A stretch of DNA of 64,000 nt from a virus: IMG/VR virus record IMGVR_UViG_3300024324_000009, positions 107,041 to 171,040 of that record, one strand, 5' to 3'. Of the stretch, positions 38,841-48,752 are shown piece by piece (position 1 is the first letter of the stretch; the number at the start of each line of letters is the position of its first letter). Both the position numbers and the translations under genes were made by a program. The notes under the pieces were generated by a model. The model did not search any database. It was not told where the DNA came from and worked only from the letters and a program-made list of their open reading frames with translations.

Positions 38841-39819
38841 TACTTCCTACTTCCCCACCTGCTCTAGTAATTACGCCAGCAAAAACTCTCAGGTCTACGT
38901 TGTTATTAATAGTCCTAGTTGATCCATCAGCATAACATGCGTTCATAACTCCGGGGTGCATACTGAATGCCTCACCATCGTTAATTACGTTAAATGGTAC
39001 GTTGCCGGGACAGTTTTTACACTTGTCACCATTAGCATCAACTCCATGTAGTTTAAAAGGCCCAAGGCTGTCAGCCCAACCAAGACACTGGTTTGTGTCA
39101 CCTGTTGGAGTGCCACCTCTGTTTACACTAGCCTTATAAACATCAGGCCTACTTGAGCATTCAGCAATCATAAGAGTATTAGAAAAACCATCTCTAATTT
39201 GCTGCTCTTTAGTTACCTGATCTTTTACCAAGCACCCTTCTGTAATCGGGCCTTTTGCTGCATAAGGATCGCTACCAGCAGGAAAGATTTTATCCTTAAC
39301 ACCAGTAAACGTCTCATAATCTGTATGACCAAGACTGCTTGGACTTAGACTTGGTGCAGCACTATCTTCATCTCTGGTTGGCCCATCAATATCTGCATAC
39401 CCATCACCAGCAGGCAAAGCAGATGGACACAGAAATGTATTTACAGTTGTATTTACAGCCTGTGTATTCTCCCACCAATTTTTATTAAAATCATAAAGGT
39501 CTGCAACATTGCGTTGCTCTAAATTAGCAAGAGCAAATGCTCTCCAACTATGTTCTGTTCGTGATGGATTGCCAAGTGCAGATGGAGTCTCACTTAAATC
39601 TTTCGCCTCGATAGTCCATGCAGCAGCAGGAAAATACCTTCTTTGATCCATAGTTGTGTGCATAGCCAAACCTTGTTGTTTTAAATTGTTAGTGCAAGAA
39701 ACTCGTCTTGCTGCTTCTCTAGCCTGTTGTACAGCGGGAAGCAAAAGCCCCACTAATACTCCAATAATTGCGATTACCACTAATAATTCGATGAGTGTAA
39801 AGCCTTTACGTTGGTGCAT
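38833..39819 (-). CDS. DUF1559 prepilin-type N-terminal cleavage/methylation protein (planctomycete family)
   Basis: KGFTLIELLVVIAIIGVLVGLLLPAVQQAREAARR..C.NNLKQ.GLA.H, FLCPS, IRDGFSNT, H-X9-DG (HPGVMNACYADG). Confidence 0.95.
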   Translation of the reverse strand: MHQRKGFTLIELLVVIAIIGVLVGLLLPAVQQAREAARRVSCTNNLKQQGLAMHTTMDQRRYFPAAAWTIEAKDLSETPSALGNPSRTEHSWRAFALANLEQRNVADLYDFNKNWWENTQAVNTTVNTFLCPSALPAGDGYADIDGPTRDEDSAAPSLSPSSLGHTDYETFTGVKDKIFPAGSDPYAAKGPITEGCLVKDQVTKEQQIRDGFSNTLMIAECSSRPDVYKASVNRGGTPTGDTNQCLGWADSLGPFKLHGVDANGDKCKNCPGNVPFNVINDGEAFSMHPGVMNACYADGSTRTINNNVDLRVFAGVITRAGGEVGSID

Positions 39820-39940
39820 ATTTCTTCCTTTATATTGAAGTAAAATTAGGTTAGATAGGACGAAGAGTTCGTCCTTAAAACCTTATAATACCCATTCGGC
39901 AAAAAATAACAACCATATAAGGTGTTAGGATTGTGTTAAT

Positions 39941-40261
39941 TTATCTGGAATAAATATCTATACTAGAACCCGTTAATTCACGCAGAAATTGACATGCGTC
40001 ATTAACATTATAAAAGTCTGCTATTACTCTATGTCCCTGAGTGTGACCTCCTCCATATATTGCAAAGACCCTATAAAACGGATCATCTAAAGCCTCATAA
40101 AGCAGATCAATATATTCGTCGCCATCTTCTACTGGCTCGATAAATGTGCCACCATCTGGATCGGCTAACTCCAAACAAGTTTGCAACCTGAAGCCTGCGT
40201 AAGCAGACTTCGGATTAGTATTGACAACATAGCAGTTACACAATGGATTCGATGATGTCAT
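39941..40261 (-). CDS. Hypothetical protein
   Basis: ORF track. Confidence 0.5.
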   Translation of the reverse strand: MTSSNPLCNCYVVNTNPKSAYAGFRLQTCLELADPDGGTFIEPVEDGDEYIDLLYEALDDPFYRVFAIYGGGHTQGHRVIADFYNVNDACQFLRELTGSSIDIYSR

Positions 40262-40442
40262 CTTGTCCTTCCTTTTCTAGTTCTTCCTTATACTTCCTTA
40301 TTGCTCTTGCCCTACTTTCTTGCAAGAATTTATGATAACCAAGAAAAACTTGTGAAGTAATTATCCCAAATCCTGCAATCAAAGACACAACAAGACCGCA
40401 TACGAATAACGCAAGCTGATCCATAATCTGACCTCTTTTCAC
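40236..40442 (-). CDS. Small single-TM protein
   Basis: ORF track. Confidence 0.5.
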   Translation of the reverse strand: MKRGQIMDQLALFVCGLVVSLIAGFGIITSQVFLGYHKFLQESRARAIRKYKEELEKEGQDDIIESIV

Positions 40443-40603
40443 TTACTGCTAAAGTAGTGTCCTAGTGAAAGAATGCTTGGAACCCAAAGCCCTACAAAGA
40501 TACCCTGTTGTTGGGCCACACTTTGATCGCCAAGGAACCAAATAGATACACTCAAAACAAAACTCGCAAACGCTGCTGCTAGAAAATAAACACTGTTCTT
40601 CAT
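40439..40603 (-). CDS. Small two-TM protein (54 aa, not in track)
   Basis: MKNSVYFLAAAFASFVLSVSIWFLG...GIFVGLWVPSILSLG; GAGG RBS. Confidence 0.65.
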   Translation of the reverse strand: MKNSVYFLAAAFASFVLSVSIWFLGDQSVAQQQGIFVGLWVPSILSLGHYFSSK

Positions 40604-40634
40604 ATCATCAATCCTCTTTTCTTAAAGTTAAAAA

Positions 40635-40913
40635 CTATTTACCGTACTGTAACTTTAGTTGAGTTACCATCTTCACTAGATTGTCGGTATTGTCCTCTTC
40701 AGATTTCTGCTTACGCTGCATAACGGGTAGTGAAACATTTTTTAGCTTTAGTGTCTTGTTAATCCTTAAGTATCTTGCAGCAGAGGTTTCTTCCGTTTGT
40801 CCTGTTTTTTCTGCAATCTCAGCATAGGTCGTGCTGGTAAACACGGCTTTTAAAAATGCTTCGTCGCTACAATGCTTACGCTTCATAATTAGTCCTCCAA
40901 AAAATAAATCCAA
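40635..40913 (-). CDS. Small putative DNA-binding protein
   Basis: TYAEIAEKTGQ HTH-like segment. Confidence 0.5.
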   Translation of the reverse strand: MDLFFGGLIMKRKHCSDEAFLKAVFTSTTYAEIAEKTGQTEETSAARYLRINKTLKLKNVSLPVMQRKQKSEEDNTDNLVKMVTQLKLQYGK

Positions 40914-40920
40914 CTACTTA

Positions 40921-40948
40921 ATTATAACACAGGGTTTTTGTTTGTCAA
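40921..40948 (-). promoter_or_regulatory. Sigma70-like promoter TTGACA-16-TATAAT
   Basis: Intergenic. Confidence 0.8.
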
Positions 40949-40951
40949 GTG

Positions 40952-41182
40952 CTATTCTGGTTTAACCGGCAAAAATATAGCTAGGGCTAAATAAATCCAG
41001 AAAGTAATACTTAAACTAAAAAAGAAACCTGCAACCATTCCTATTCTAAGGATTGAAGTATCTATGCCTGTAAAGTCTGAAAGACCAGAACATACTCCAA
41101 ATATCATTCCTTCTTTTTTATTCTTGAATAATTGTTGTGCCATTATAAATCTCCGGTATTGTATTAGGATTATAACCAGCAA
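40952..41182 (-). CDS. pspC: PspC-domain membrane protein
   Basis: L.K......IFGVCSGLSDFTGID.SILRI...YLALAIFLP. Confidence 0.85.
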   Translation of the reverse strand: MLVIILIQYRRFIMAQQLFKNKKEGMIFGVCSGLSDFTGIDTSILRIGMVAGFFFSLSITFWIYLALAIFLPVKPE

Positions 41183-41404
41183 TTAACATGGTCATATAAA
41201 CTCCATACACCGGGAAAAGTTCGTCTAACATATTTACTCCTTTGTTTTATTTACTCTCCACACGATCAACGCTCCTACTGACAATTCTACGGTCATTGCC
41301 ATGCTCCAGCCTATTAAAACTACATATAACTCTTGCATGTTGCCCTCTTTGTGTAATAAAAGTAATCCATACCATCATTATACTTAAGATACACCTTCTG
41401 TCAA

Positions 41405-42196
41405 CTACAATGGCTCAAGATTTTCTCCATCTCTGTAGCTATCTCTTTCGATACGGTCATTATAAGGATTGTCTATAAATTTTGTTAGCGTAGGTTGATG
41501 CACACTATAAAAATGTTGCTTTCTCATAAACTTAAAATAATCTAGTTCTCCCATATGTGAGTTTCCTTTTGCATAAAGATCAGAAAGAAGCCACATTTCT
41601 ACTGTATCATCTATTGCTTCGTTTGGTTTATGTAGCATCTTAATATACTTACTATTAGCCCACCATACATTGCCACAATAATGTAATGGATGTCCACCAG
41701 TATGTTTAATAAAACAAGATGCAGTATGATGAGTATTTAAAGCATCTACACAGTCTTTCCATCTATACATTGTCCAGTATTCTAGGTACTCATTCCATAG
41801 GTCTACTTTGTCACACATTTCTGGTGGAGATATTGTTTTTCTCATAACTCCTTTACTATGATCATAAAATATTTGATGGTTATCTTCCAGACCATTGCAA
41901 AAATCCCACAACCATGTAGCTGTTTCAGTTTCCTGTCTAGCGTATTCCTTGCTGTATCTTATTTCTATCTTAGGATCATTCTCATATTCTGGAATTTCAA
42001 CTGTCATAAACTCTCTATCACAGTTTATTAAAAGATGTATCTTTTCTAGTTCATCATATAATCCAGATTTTTTGCATCTGCCAAATGACTCGTTTAATCT
42101 TTCTTTCCATAAAGGAGTTGATCCTTTTTTTGGATTGCGATTATATACAGTGCAGTGATAAAACATAAATTTACTCATCTTTCCATACCTCCGCAT
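41405..42196 (-). CDS. Putative glycosyltransferase-like protein
   Basis: YDHSKGV, W..YLEYW...W.DC...L, HYCGNVWWANS.YI..L. Confidence 0.6.
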   Translation of the reverse strand: MRRYGKMSKFMFYHCTVYNRNPKKGSTPLWKERLNESFGRCKKSGLYDELEKIHLLINCDREFMTVEIPEYENDPKIEIRYSKEYARQETETATWLWDFCNGLEDNHQIFYDHSKGVMRKTISPPEMCDKVDLWNEYLEYWTMYRWKDCVDALNTHHTASCFIKHTGGHPLHYCGNVWWANSKYIKMLHKPNEAIDDTVEMWLLSDLYAKGNSHMGELDYFKFMRKQHFYSVHQPTLTKFIDNPYNDRIERDSYRDGENLEPL

Positions 42197-42743
42197 CTCT
42201 TCTATCGTGTTTGTGTCTGTATCCTAATTTCCCCATTTTTCTATAATACTCATTAATATTCATTTTTGTGTGTGCAGTTTCAAATCGTATCCATCTTATG
42301 TCATACTTTTCATAGTCTATGCTTTCTAGTATATGCAAATCATAGCCTTCAGTATCTACATATAATCTATCAATAGTTTTGAATCCTGTCATTCCAAATA
42401 ATTGATTTGCTGTACACGCAGGATGTTCTTTAGGATATATATTAAAATCTTCCCAACCCATCTTTTTTAAATGCTCTTTATTAAAACTTGTATGTTGCCC
42501 ATTTTTTTCTACGTCAGAATAATAAAGTTTTACTGTTTTTTGATGTGGGTCTGTGGTAATTGCTCTAGCCAGTATCTTTACTTCAACATCAAAGTGTTCA
42601 TAGACTTTTAAACAGTTGCTAAGTTTATCTATGTTTGGGTCTACACAAGTTAATCTATTAATTTTATTATGATTAGCTTTTACAAATTTAAAACAATCGT
42701 CACAGGTAAAGCAATCGTTGCTACCTATCTGTACTATATTCAT
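42171..42743 (-). CDS. FkbM-family methyltransferase
   Basis: IVQIGSND, IDRLYVDTEGYD..IL, IRFE. Confidence 0.85.
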   Translation of the reverse strand: MNIVQIGSNDCFTCDDCFKFVKANHNKINRLTCVDPNIDKLSNCLKVYEHFDVEVKILARAITTDPHQKTVKLYYSDVEKNGQHTSFNKEHLKKMGWEDFNIYPKEHPACTANQLFGMTGFKTIDRLYVDTEGYDLHILESIDYEKYDIRWIRFETAHTKMNINEYYRKMGKLGYRHKHDRRDAEVWKDE

Positions 42744-43120
42744 TTCTTCTTACCTTTCAAGTCCGCTATGTTCTGTGCTATATCTACTAGCCTATCCCAA
42801 TTTTCATCTATGTATTTTTCTGGCCCACCCATATCAGCCTGTGCTTGTGCTATTTCTTCAGTGGGAACCATTTCAATAGCATCCCAAGGACAAACCTTAA
42901 CATCATATAACTTTCCTTTATTACCCGGAACATGGATACATTGTTCGCAACCTATACAAGTAGATAGATCAATCTCACACCATTGAGTTACTCCCTGTTT
43001 TATCTGGAATATACAATCAACAGGACACACTTCTAAACAAGCCTCGCAGCCCGTACAGTTGTCTGCCTGAATGATTGCTAATTCTTTGGGTATCTTTTTT
43101 CTTACTTTTTTATCTGCCAT
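42740..43120 (-). CDS. 2x[4Fe-4S] ferredoxin
   Basis: CTGCEACLEVCP and CIGCEQC...CPWDAI. Confidence 0.9.
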   Translation of the reverse strand: MADKKVRKKIPKELAIIQADNCTGCEACLEVCPVDCIFQIKQGVTQWCEIDLSTCIGCEQCIHVPGNKGKLYDVKVCPWDAIEMVPTEEIAQAQADMGGPEKYIDENWDRLVDIAQNIADLKGKKK

Positions 43121-44421
43121 TAAGCTATAATATCGTGTTGGATATTTCCGAATACGTCTGTTAGTCTAAAGTCTCTACCACTATACCTATAAGTAAGTTT
43201 AGTATGATCTATTCCCATCAGATATAATATAGTAGCATGTAAATCATGTATGTCAAGCCCGTCTACTGCTTTGTGTCCAAAATCATCAGTAGTGCCGTAT
43301 CTCATGCCACCCTTTACGCCACCGCCTGCCATCCAGACAGTGAACCCACCATTATTATGGTCTCTTCCTGTAGCACCAGCCTTGATGCCCGGAGTACGAC
43401 CAAACTCACTACCGAATAAAACTATAGTGTCCTCAAACATGCCAGAATCTTTTAAATCTTGTAGCAACGCACCAATAGGCTGATCAATAGCAGTTCCCTT
43501 ACGCTGAATGTTGCCAGCGATGTCTTGGTGATTGTCCCAACCACCGAATCCGATCTCGACAAATCTCACGCCTGCTTCACTAAATTTCTTCGCTAACAAA
43601 CACTGCTTGCCAAACTTTTCTGTTGTCTTATTATTTATACCATATCTTTCTAGAGTTTCTTGTGACTCTTTTGATATGTCAATAGTTTGTGGAACACTTG
43701 TCTGCATTTTATAAGCCAGTTCATAACTTTCGATCAGGCCTTCCAATCTGCTATTCTCGCCTTTTAATTGCAGATGGTTTAGATCGCTAAGAAAATCTAA
43801 GTTCTCTCTTTGTTCAGCCATTCCTATTGGACTTTTTAAATTAGGTATTGCGTTTGCCATATTACCTGCATTAACTGCTGTGCCTTGATATATTGCAGGA
43901 AGAAATGCACTTCCGTAATTCTCTGGCCCAATACCAGCATCAATCGTTAGAAAACCGGGAAGTTCTTTGTTCTCAGTTCCTAAACCATACAGTAGCCAAC
44001 TACCCATACTGGGACGAGTAAACTGGAAATTGCCTGTGTGTAATAATTGTTTTGCTTGATTATGATTACCAGACTTTGATTTCATTCCATTAATTAAACA
44101 TAGGTCATCGGCATGTTTTCTCAAGTGAGGAAAATTTTCACTAATTTCAATACCACTTTCTCCTGCCGGTGTGAGTGGAACAGCAGGCTTGACAATCTTT
44201 CTGCCTTTGCTTACTGGATCGTCGATACCATCTTTCTCAACCATCAAAGGCTTGTAGTCAAAAGTATCGGTGTGACTCATCCCTCCACCCATATAGCAAA
44301 ATATAATCTTCTTTTTAATTGCTGTAGTTTCTTCTGCAAGTAGGCCTTTCAATGCCAACATGCCAAACCCAGCACTTGCTGTTTGTAATAAGTTTCGTCG
44401 ATTAAAATAGTTATTGTACAT
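43120..44421 (-). CDS. DUF1501 protein (planctomycete family; Tat signal)
   Basis: NRRNLLQ, M.GG.SH.DTFDYKP, RPSMGSW..YGLG.EN..LPGF, WDNH, EFGRTP, GRDH, HDLHATIL...GIDH..LTY...GRDFRLTDV.G. Confidence 0.95.
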   Translation of the reverse strand: MYNNYFNRRNLLQTASAGFGMLALKGLLAEETTAIKKKIIFCYMGGGMSHTDTFDYKPLMVEKDGIDDPVSKGRKIVKPAVPLTPAGESGIEISENFPHLRKHADDLCLINGMKSKSGNHNQAKQLLHTGNFQFTRPSMGSWLLYGLGTENKELPGFLTIDAGIGPENYGSAFLPAIYQGTAVNAGNMANAIPNLKSPIGMAEQRENLDFLSDLNHLQLKGENSRLEGLIESYELAYKMQTSVPQTIDISKESQETLERYGINNKTTEKFGKQCLLAKKFSEAGVRFVEIGFGGWDNHQDIAGNIQRKGTAIDQPIGALLQDLKDSGMFEDTIVLFGSEFGRTPGIKAGATGRDHNNGGFTVWMAGGGVKGGMRYGTTDDFGHKAVDGLDIHDLHATILYLMGIDHTKLTYRYSGRDFRLTDVFGNIQHDIIA

Positions 44422-46888
44422 TTCTAAATTCTCCTGTGCATATTAATATTTGGATTAGGTTTGCAAGATTCTTTTCCATAATCTCATTCTTTTTCTTGAT
44501 GTCTACTTTGCTTGTGTAGTCAACAAACTCTTCACCTTCTGGGGTCTTACCAACTCCTAAACCAATCTGTTCTGCTTGCTCTGTATCTTTTAGATAAAAA
44601 TCCATCGCTGCTTCAAATTCAACTTTAGATGGTGGCCTTCCAAGAATCTTTTGCCATATACTATGAAGATTATTATGGTGCAATAGCCTTGGCATGGTTC
44701 TACCCATCCTCATATTATTTTGCCATATCTCTTTTGCCATTTCTTTACACATGGCGATGATCTTTGGATTGTTCATTAAGAATAATGCTTGAGTACTAAC
44801 TGTTGTTACATTTCTTTCTGCTGCCAGCAGGCTATTGTCTGGACGATCAAACATATCAAGTATCTCAATCTTATTATCCCTTAACGATGGAATATAAATT
44901 GATCTAGCTTTAGTTTCCCCAATATATTTTCTTAATTCTTTTCCCGGTGCTTTAATTCCTGTTTGTATCTCACTTATGTTCTTATGCGACCCCTCTAGTT
45001 TGCCTGAGACAAATAACAGAGTGTCCCTAATTTGTTCAGCCTCTAATCTTTTCTCATTCATTCTCCAAACGTAAACATTGTCTGGGTCAATCTCAAAATT
45101 ATCTTTATTGAAGTTACTACTGCGTTTATATGCGTCACTCATAACGATAGTTTTAATTAGTCGCTTGTTTGACAATTTACCAGTAACAAACTTACTTGAA
45201 AGATAGTTCATTAGTTTAAGATTGCTTGGCTCACCACCAAGTATACCAAAATTATCAAAGCTGTCAAGTATACCTTTTCCAAAAAGATGTCGCCATACCC
45301 TGTTCACATGAACTCTGTAAGTCAGAGGATTAGTTTTATGTGCTATCCATTCTGCCAGTTCATAACGTCCACTGGTATTATCAAAGTTGAGAAATGGTCT
45401 GTCACTAAATATTTCAGGCAATCTTCTTGGCACTTCATCACCAAGATTATTAACTTCTCCCCTGATTGCAATTTTAATCTCAGTCATTTTAGTCTTGTCT
45501 TTTACAGACATTATAGGCTCAAGAAATTCTAGATAAGCTAAATCTTTTTCATTAAGTTTAGTCTTGGCCTCATCTAATCTCTTTTGTCTTTTATCTGTCT
45601 CTCTTTTAAGTTGTTCTGGAGTAACTCTTTTGCTCCAAGTTTTAATAGATTCTAATTGTGCTTCTAAGTTCTTGGTCTCACATAAAGCTAACCATCTCTC
45701 AATCTGTCTTTGCTTGTACAGGCTTTCAGTTTCTTTTGTGACTAAAAAATCGTAATCACCAAGATAGCCTGTATTATTATTACCTCTATATAATCCATCA
45801 AGGTTTTGTGTGTTACTAAATAAACCAGCAACACCATAGTAGTCTTCTTGGCTAAATGGATCAAACTTGTGATCATGGCATCTTGCACAACTCAGAGTCA
45901 TGCCAAGAAAACCTCTTGTAACTGCGTCTATTTGGTCGTCGTTGCGGTCTGCTTCAAACTGTCTAGTCTGTGCCTGTATATTTTTTGTACCTATTGTTAA
46001 AAAGCCTGTGGCAATTCTATTAATATTATATTCTTCATAGCTTTTATGTGGTAATAGATCGCCTGCAATTTGCTCTTTTATAAAATCATCGAATGGTTTG
46101 TCATTGTTAAAACTATCAATAACATAATCTCGATACCTCCAAGCATACGGACTAACCAAATTTCTGTCTGAACCAGATGATTCTCCATATCTGGCTACAT
46201 CTAACCAGTGTCTTCCCCATTTTTCTCCAAAGCCTTCGTCATCAAGTAAAGTATCGACTAAATTTTCATAACGATCTTCACTCTTATTCTGCATAAACTG
46301 CCTCATCTGTATTTCACTTGGGGGCAAACCAATAAGATCAAAATATAGTCTACGCATTATAGTATAGTCTTCTGCTAATTCACTAGGCTTTAAACCATGC
46401 TTATCTAAATCTAATTGCAGTATTGCATCTATCTCTGTACCATCGTCATACTTTGCTACAGGAGGACGCTGAACTTTTTTGAATGACCAGAACTGTCTAG
46501 CCTGCCTAAGTTCTATTGCTCTATTCTCATGCTTGTATCGTGGGTCAGGCATTCCCATTTTAATCCATTGTCGGAATAATTCAACAGTCTTTTCATCTAG
46601 TGGTTGATCAGGAGGCATGTCACCAGACTCTACATAGTCAAAAAGAGAACTCTCTTCTGGCTTACCCGGAACCACACTTGGCCCAGAATCACCACCGTTT
46701 AATATACCTTGCCTAGTATCTATGGCAAATCCACCTTTAGTTTTTTCTGAGGCAGATGAATGACATGAATAACATTGGGTTTGTAACACTGGTAAGATAT
46801 TATCATTAAAAAATTTGACACCACTTTTATCTTGACTATAAGCTATACTAGCAGATAGTGCAACAACAATAGCGATAACATATTTCAT
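44411..46888 (-). CDS. Planctomycete cytochrome c plus DUF1549 plus DUF1553 (PSCyt1/PSCyt2/PSD1) protein
   Basis: Signal peptide, CYSCH, RRLYFDLIGLPP, WGRHWLDVARY, CARCHDHKFDP, SGR.ELA.WI, NRVW..LFG.G, RL.AEQIRD, QALFLMN. Confidence 0.95.
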   Translation of the reverse strand: MKYVIAIVVALSASIAYSQDKSGVKFFNDNILPVLQTQCYSCHSSASEKTKGGFAIDTRQGILNGGDSGPSVVPGKPEESSLFDYVESGDMPPDQPLDEKTVELFRQWIKMGMPDPRYKHENRAIELRQARQFWSFKKVQRPPVAKYDDGTEIDAILQLDLDKHGLKPSELAEDYTIMRRLYFDLIGLPPSEIQMRQFMQNKSEDRYENLVDTLLDDEGFGEKWGRHWLDVARYGESSGSDRNLVSPYAWRYRDYVIDSFNNDKPFDDFIKEQIAGDLLPHKSYEEYNINRIATGFLTIGTKNIQAQTRQFEADRNDDQIDAVTRGFLGMTLSCARCHDHKFDPFSQEDYYGVAGLFSNTQNLDGLYRGNNNTGYLGDYDFLVTKETESLYKQRQIERWLALCETKNLEAQLESIKTWSKRVTPEQLKRETDKRQKRLDEAKTKLNEKDLAYLEFLEPIMSVKDKTKMTEIKIAIRGEVNNLGDEVPRRLPEIFSDRPFLNFDNTSGRYELAEWIAHKTNPLTYRVHVNRVWRHLFGKGILDSFDNFGILGGEPSNLKLMNYLSSKFVTGKLSNKRLIKTIVMSDAYKRSSNFNKDNFEIDPDNVYVWRMNEKRLEAEQIRDTLLFVSGKLEGSHKNISEIQTGIKAPGKELRKYIGETKARSIYIPSLRDNKIEILDMFDRPDNSLLAAERNVTTVSTQALFLMNNPKIIAMCKEMAKEIWQNNMRMGRTMPRLLHHNNLHSIWQKILGRPPSKVEFEAAMDFYLKDTEQAEQIGLGVGKTPEGEEFVDYTSKVDIKKKNEIMEKNLANLIQILICTGEFRNVQ

Positions 46889-46889
46889 A

Positions 46890-48212
46890 TTAAACCTCTC
46901 TTGCTTTGCCATGTAGATGTTTGAAGGTTGGAAATCTTAGGCTTATCCCACCTTCCTGATTTGTAGTCTCCTCAAAATATTGTACCAAAATAACCATGCC
47001 CTTAATTAGGTCAGGATTATTGTAAAACTCCTGTCTTTGATCAATAGTGAATCCACTTCCAACTCGTACATGATGTCCTCTATGGGTAATATACACACAA
47101 CTGAGCATTTCTTCCTCACATTCTGCACCATCCTTGACATATCGAAATGGCCCCATTTCTACGTCATCTACGGTATATTCAGCATCCTGAAAGGTTTTAA
47201 CTTTTAACAGGTCTTTTGACCTTTTACCTTTATATGTCGTGTTCTTACGAAGCATTACGCCTTCCCAGCCGTATTTGTCAGCCTGTTTAGACCAGAACTG
47301 TAAACCTTCATCATCTTTGACAATACTCATTCTTAGGACACTGAGACAAGGACATTCGTTCTTCTCCATAGCCAAGGCTAATTCAGTCATTCTCATTTCC
47401 AGATTACTCTTGCTTGAGCCTTTTTGGAAGTCATTAAAGTCAATCATGTCAAAGATTTTAAATGACGGGTTTTTAATTGTATGGTCTTTCTTGCGAATCT
47501 GTTTCATTACACCTTGAAAATCCTCATTTCCATCATCATCAATCAGACACAACTCACCGTCTAAAACTTTGTTAGTAAGTTGTAGACCCTTAATGCCATC
47601 ATAAACAACACCAAGAGTAGTGATTTCTTTTCCTGTACGGGTATAGAAGTTAATGTCACCAAAAGCGTCAATAATAGCAACACATCTAACACCATCCAAT
47701 TTACGAGAAACATACCAACCCTCTCCCCATTCGTGTTTGTCAGGATTAAACTTATCCGCTAAAGCAACATTAAATTGTCTGATAAGACCGGGAACAGCCT
47801 TGTTGATGAGTTTAGCACCTGTCCTAGTTTTTAAATCTTTATCAAGAATTAGATACACCAGTTCCTCATCATGTGGAAACTTTTTGATATATGTATTGAT
47901 AATTCTAACAGCGTCATGTCCAGTATATCTACCAGTGCGTAAATCACTAAACAGTGATGCTAAACCATATCCGGGTTCACAATCACCAAAGGAGAGGTCA
48001 GGACGTTTCTTCACCTGCTTACTGGTAATATTGTACATACTGTACGGACAGTATGCCATGCTGAGTACGGTCTTTGCAAAGAGTTGATTGCCGTTCTGTT
48101 CCTCAACGCCGCCTGTGTATTCCAGCAAGATGTCCAATTTGTCATTGGTACTGCTGTTGTGTCGTAGTTCCTCGATCATGTCCATAACGTGTAGTGTAGC
48201 TTGTTTAGTCAT
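46890..48212 (-). CDS. ATP-dependent DNA ligase
   Basis: KLDGVR, LDGE, FKIFD, EGVMLR, LLKVK, VGSGF, SLRFPTF. Confidence 0.95.
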   Translation of the reverse strand: MTKQATLHVMDMIEELRHNSSTNDKLDILLEYTGGVEEQNGNQLFAKTVLSMAYCPYSMYNITSKQVKKRPDLSFGDCEPGYGLASLFSDLRTGRYTGHDAVRIINTYIKKFPHDEELVYLILDKDLKTRTGAKLINKAVPGLIRQFNVALADKFNPDKHEWGEGWYVSRKLDGVRCVAIIDAFGDINFYTRTGKEITTLGVVYDGIKGLQLTNKVLDGELCLIDDDGNEDFQGVMKQIRKKDHTIKNPSFKIFDMIDFNDFQKGSSKSNLEMRMTELALAMEKNECPCLSVLRMSIVKDDEGLQFWSKQADKYGWEGVMLRKNTTYKGKRSKDLLKVKTFQDAEYTVDDVEMGPFRYVKDGAECEEEMLSCVYITHRGHHVRVGSGFTIDQRQEFYNNPDLIKGMVILVQYFEETTNQEGGISLRFPTFKHLHGKAREV

Positions 48213-48254
48213 AATCCATCCTCCAAAATCCTGTGAAATAAGTCGTATGCTACA

Positions 48255-48282
48255 AGTATAACATTAGTTATCGGTTTGTCAA
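48255..48282 (-). promoter_or_regulatory. Sigma70-like promoter TTGACA-16-TATACT
   Basis: Upstream of the ligase. Confidence 0.75.
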
Positions 48283-48292
48283 GCAGAAAACT

Positions 48293-48514
48293 TTATTCTT
48301 TTATTGCTTCTATCTGAGAACACAGAATTTGTTTTTCTATTTCAGCGGTATGTAGATCAGTTTTAAGATCATCTATATCCTGTTGGGCTATAGTGTTTTT
48401 AACTATATTATTAGCGTTTTCATACTTAGTAATTTTTTGTTCTAAGTTTTTAGATATTATTTTTTGTTGTTGGTATTTTAATTCTAGTATTTTTAATGTA
48501 GTTGATTCATCCAT
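48293..48514 (-). CDS. Coiled-coil hypothetical protein
   Basis: ORF track. Confidence 0.5.
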   Translation of the reverse strand: MDESTTLKILELKYQQQKIISKNLEQKITKYENANNIVKNTIAQQDIDDLKTDLHTAEIEKQILCSQIEAIKE

Positions 48515-48719
48515 TGTCAGTAAAGTCTTTCTTTAACTTAGTTAACAAATTAGCACCTGCTGTTGGAAAGAAACAGGGAAATATAGAATGTGTTATTAAT
48601 TTAAATGCAGTGACAAGTACAGACACAGCATGTCCACCAGCAAATATAAAATGCTGAGACCAATTCATTTTATTATCATCCAAATGAGTATTCCACTCAG
48701 TAACCAAATAGTGTAGCAT
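48507..48719 (-). CDS. Small conserved protein (DUF6356-like)
   Basis: HL....M.W..H..FA...HSIFP.FF. Confidence 0.55.
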   Translation of the reverse strand: MLHYLVTEWNTHLDDNKMNWSQHFIFAGGHAVSVLVTAFKLITHSIFPCFFPTAGANLLTKLKKDFTDNG

Positions 48720-48752
48720 AGTAATACCTCCATGCTACTTATTACACCAAAT

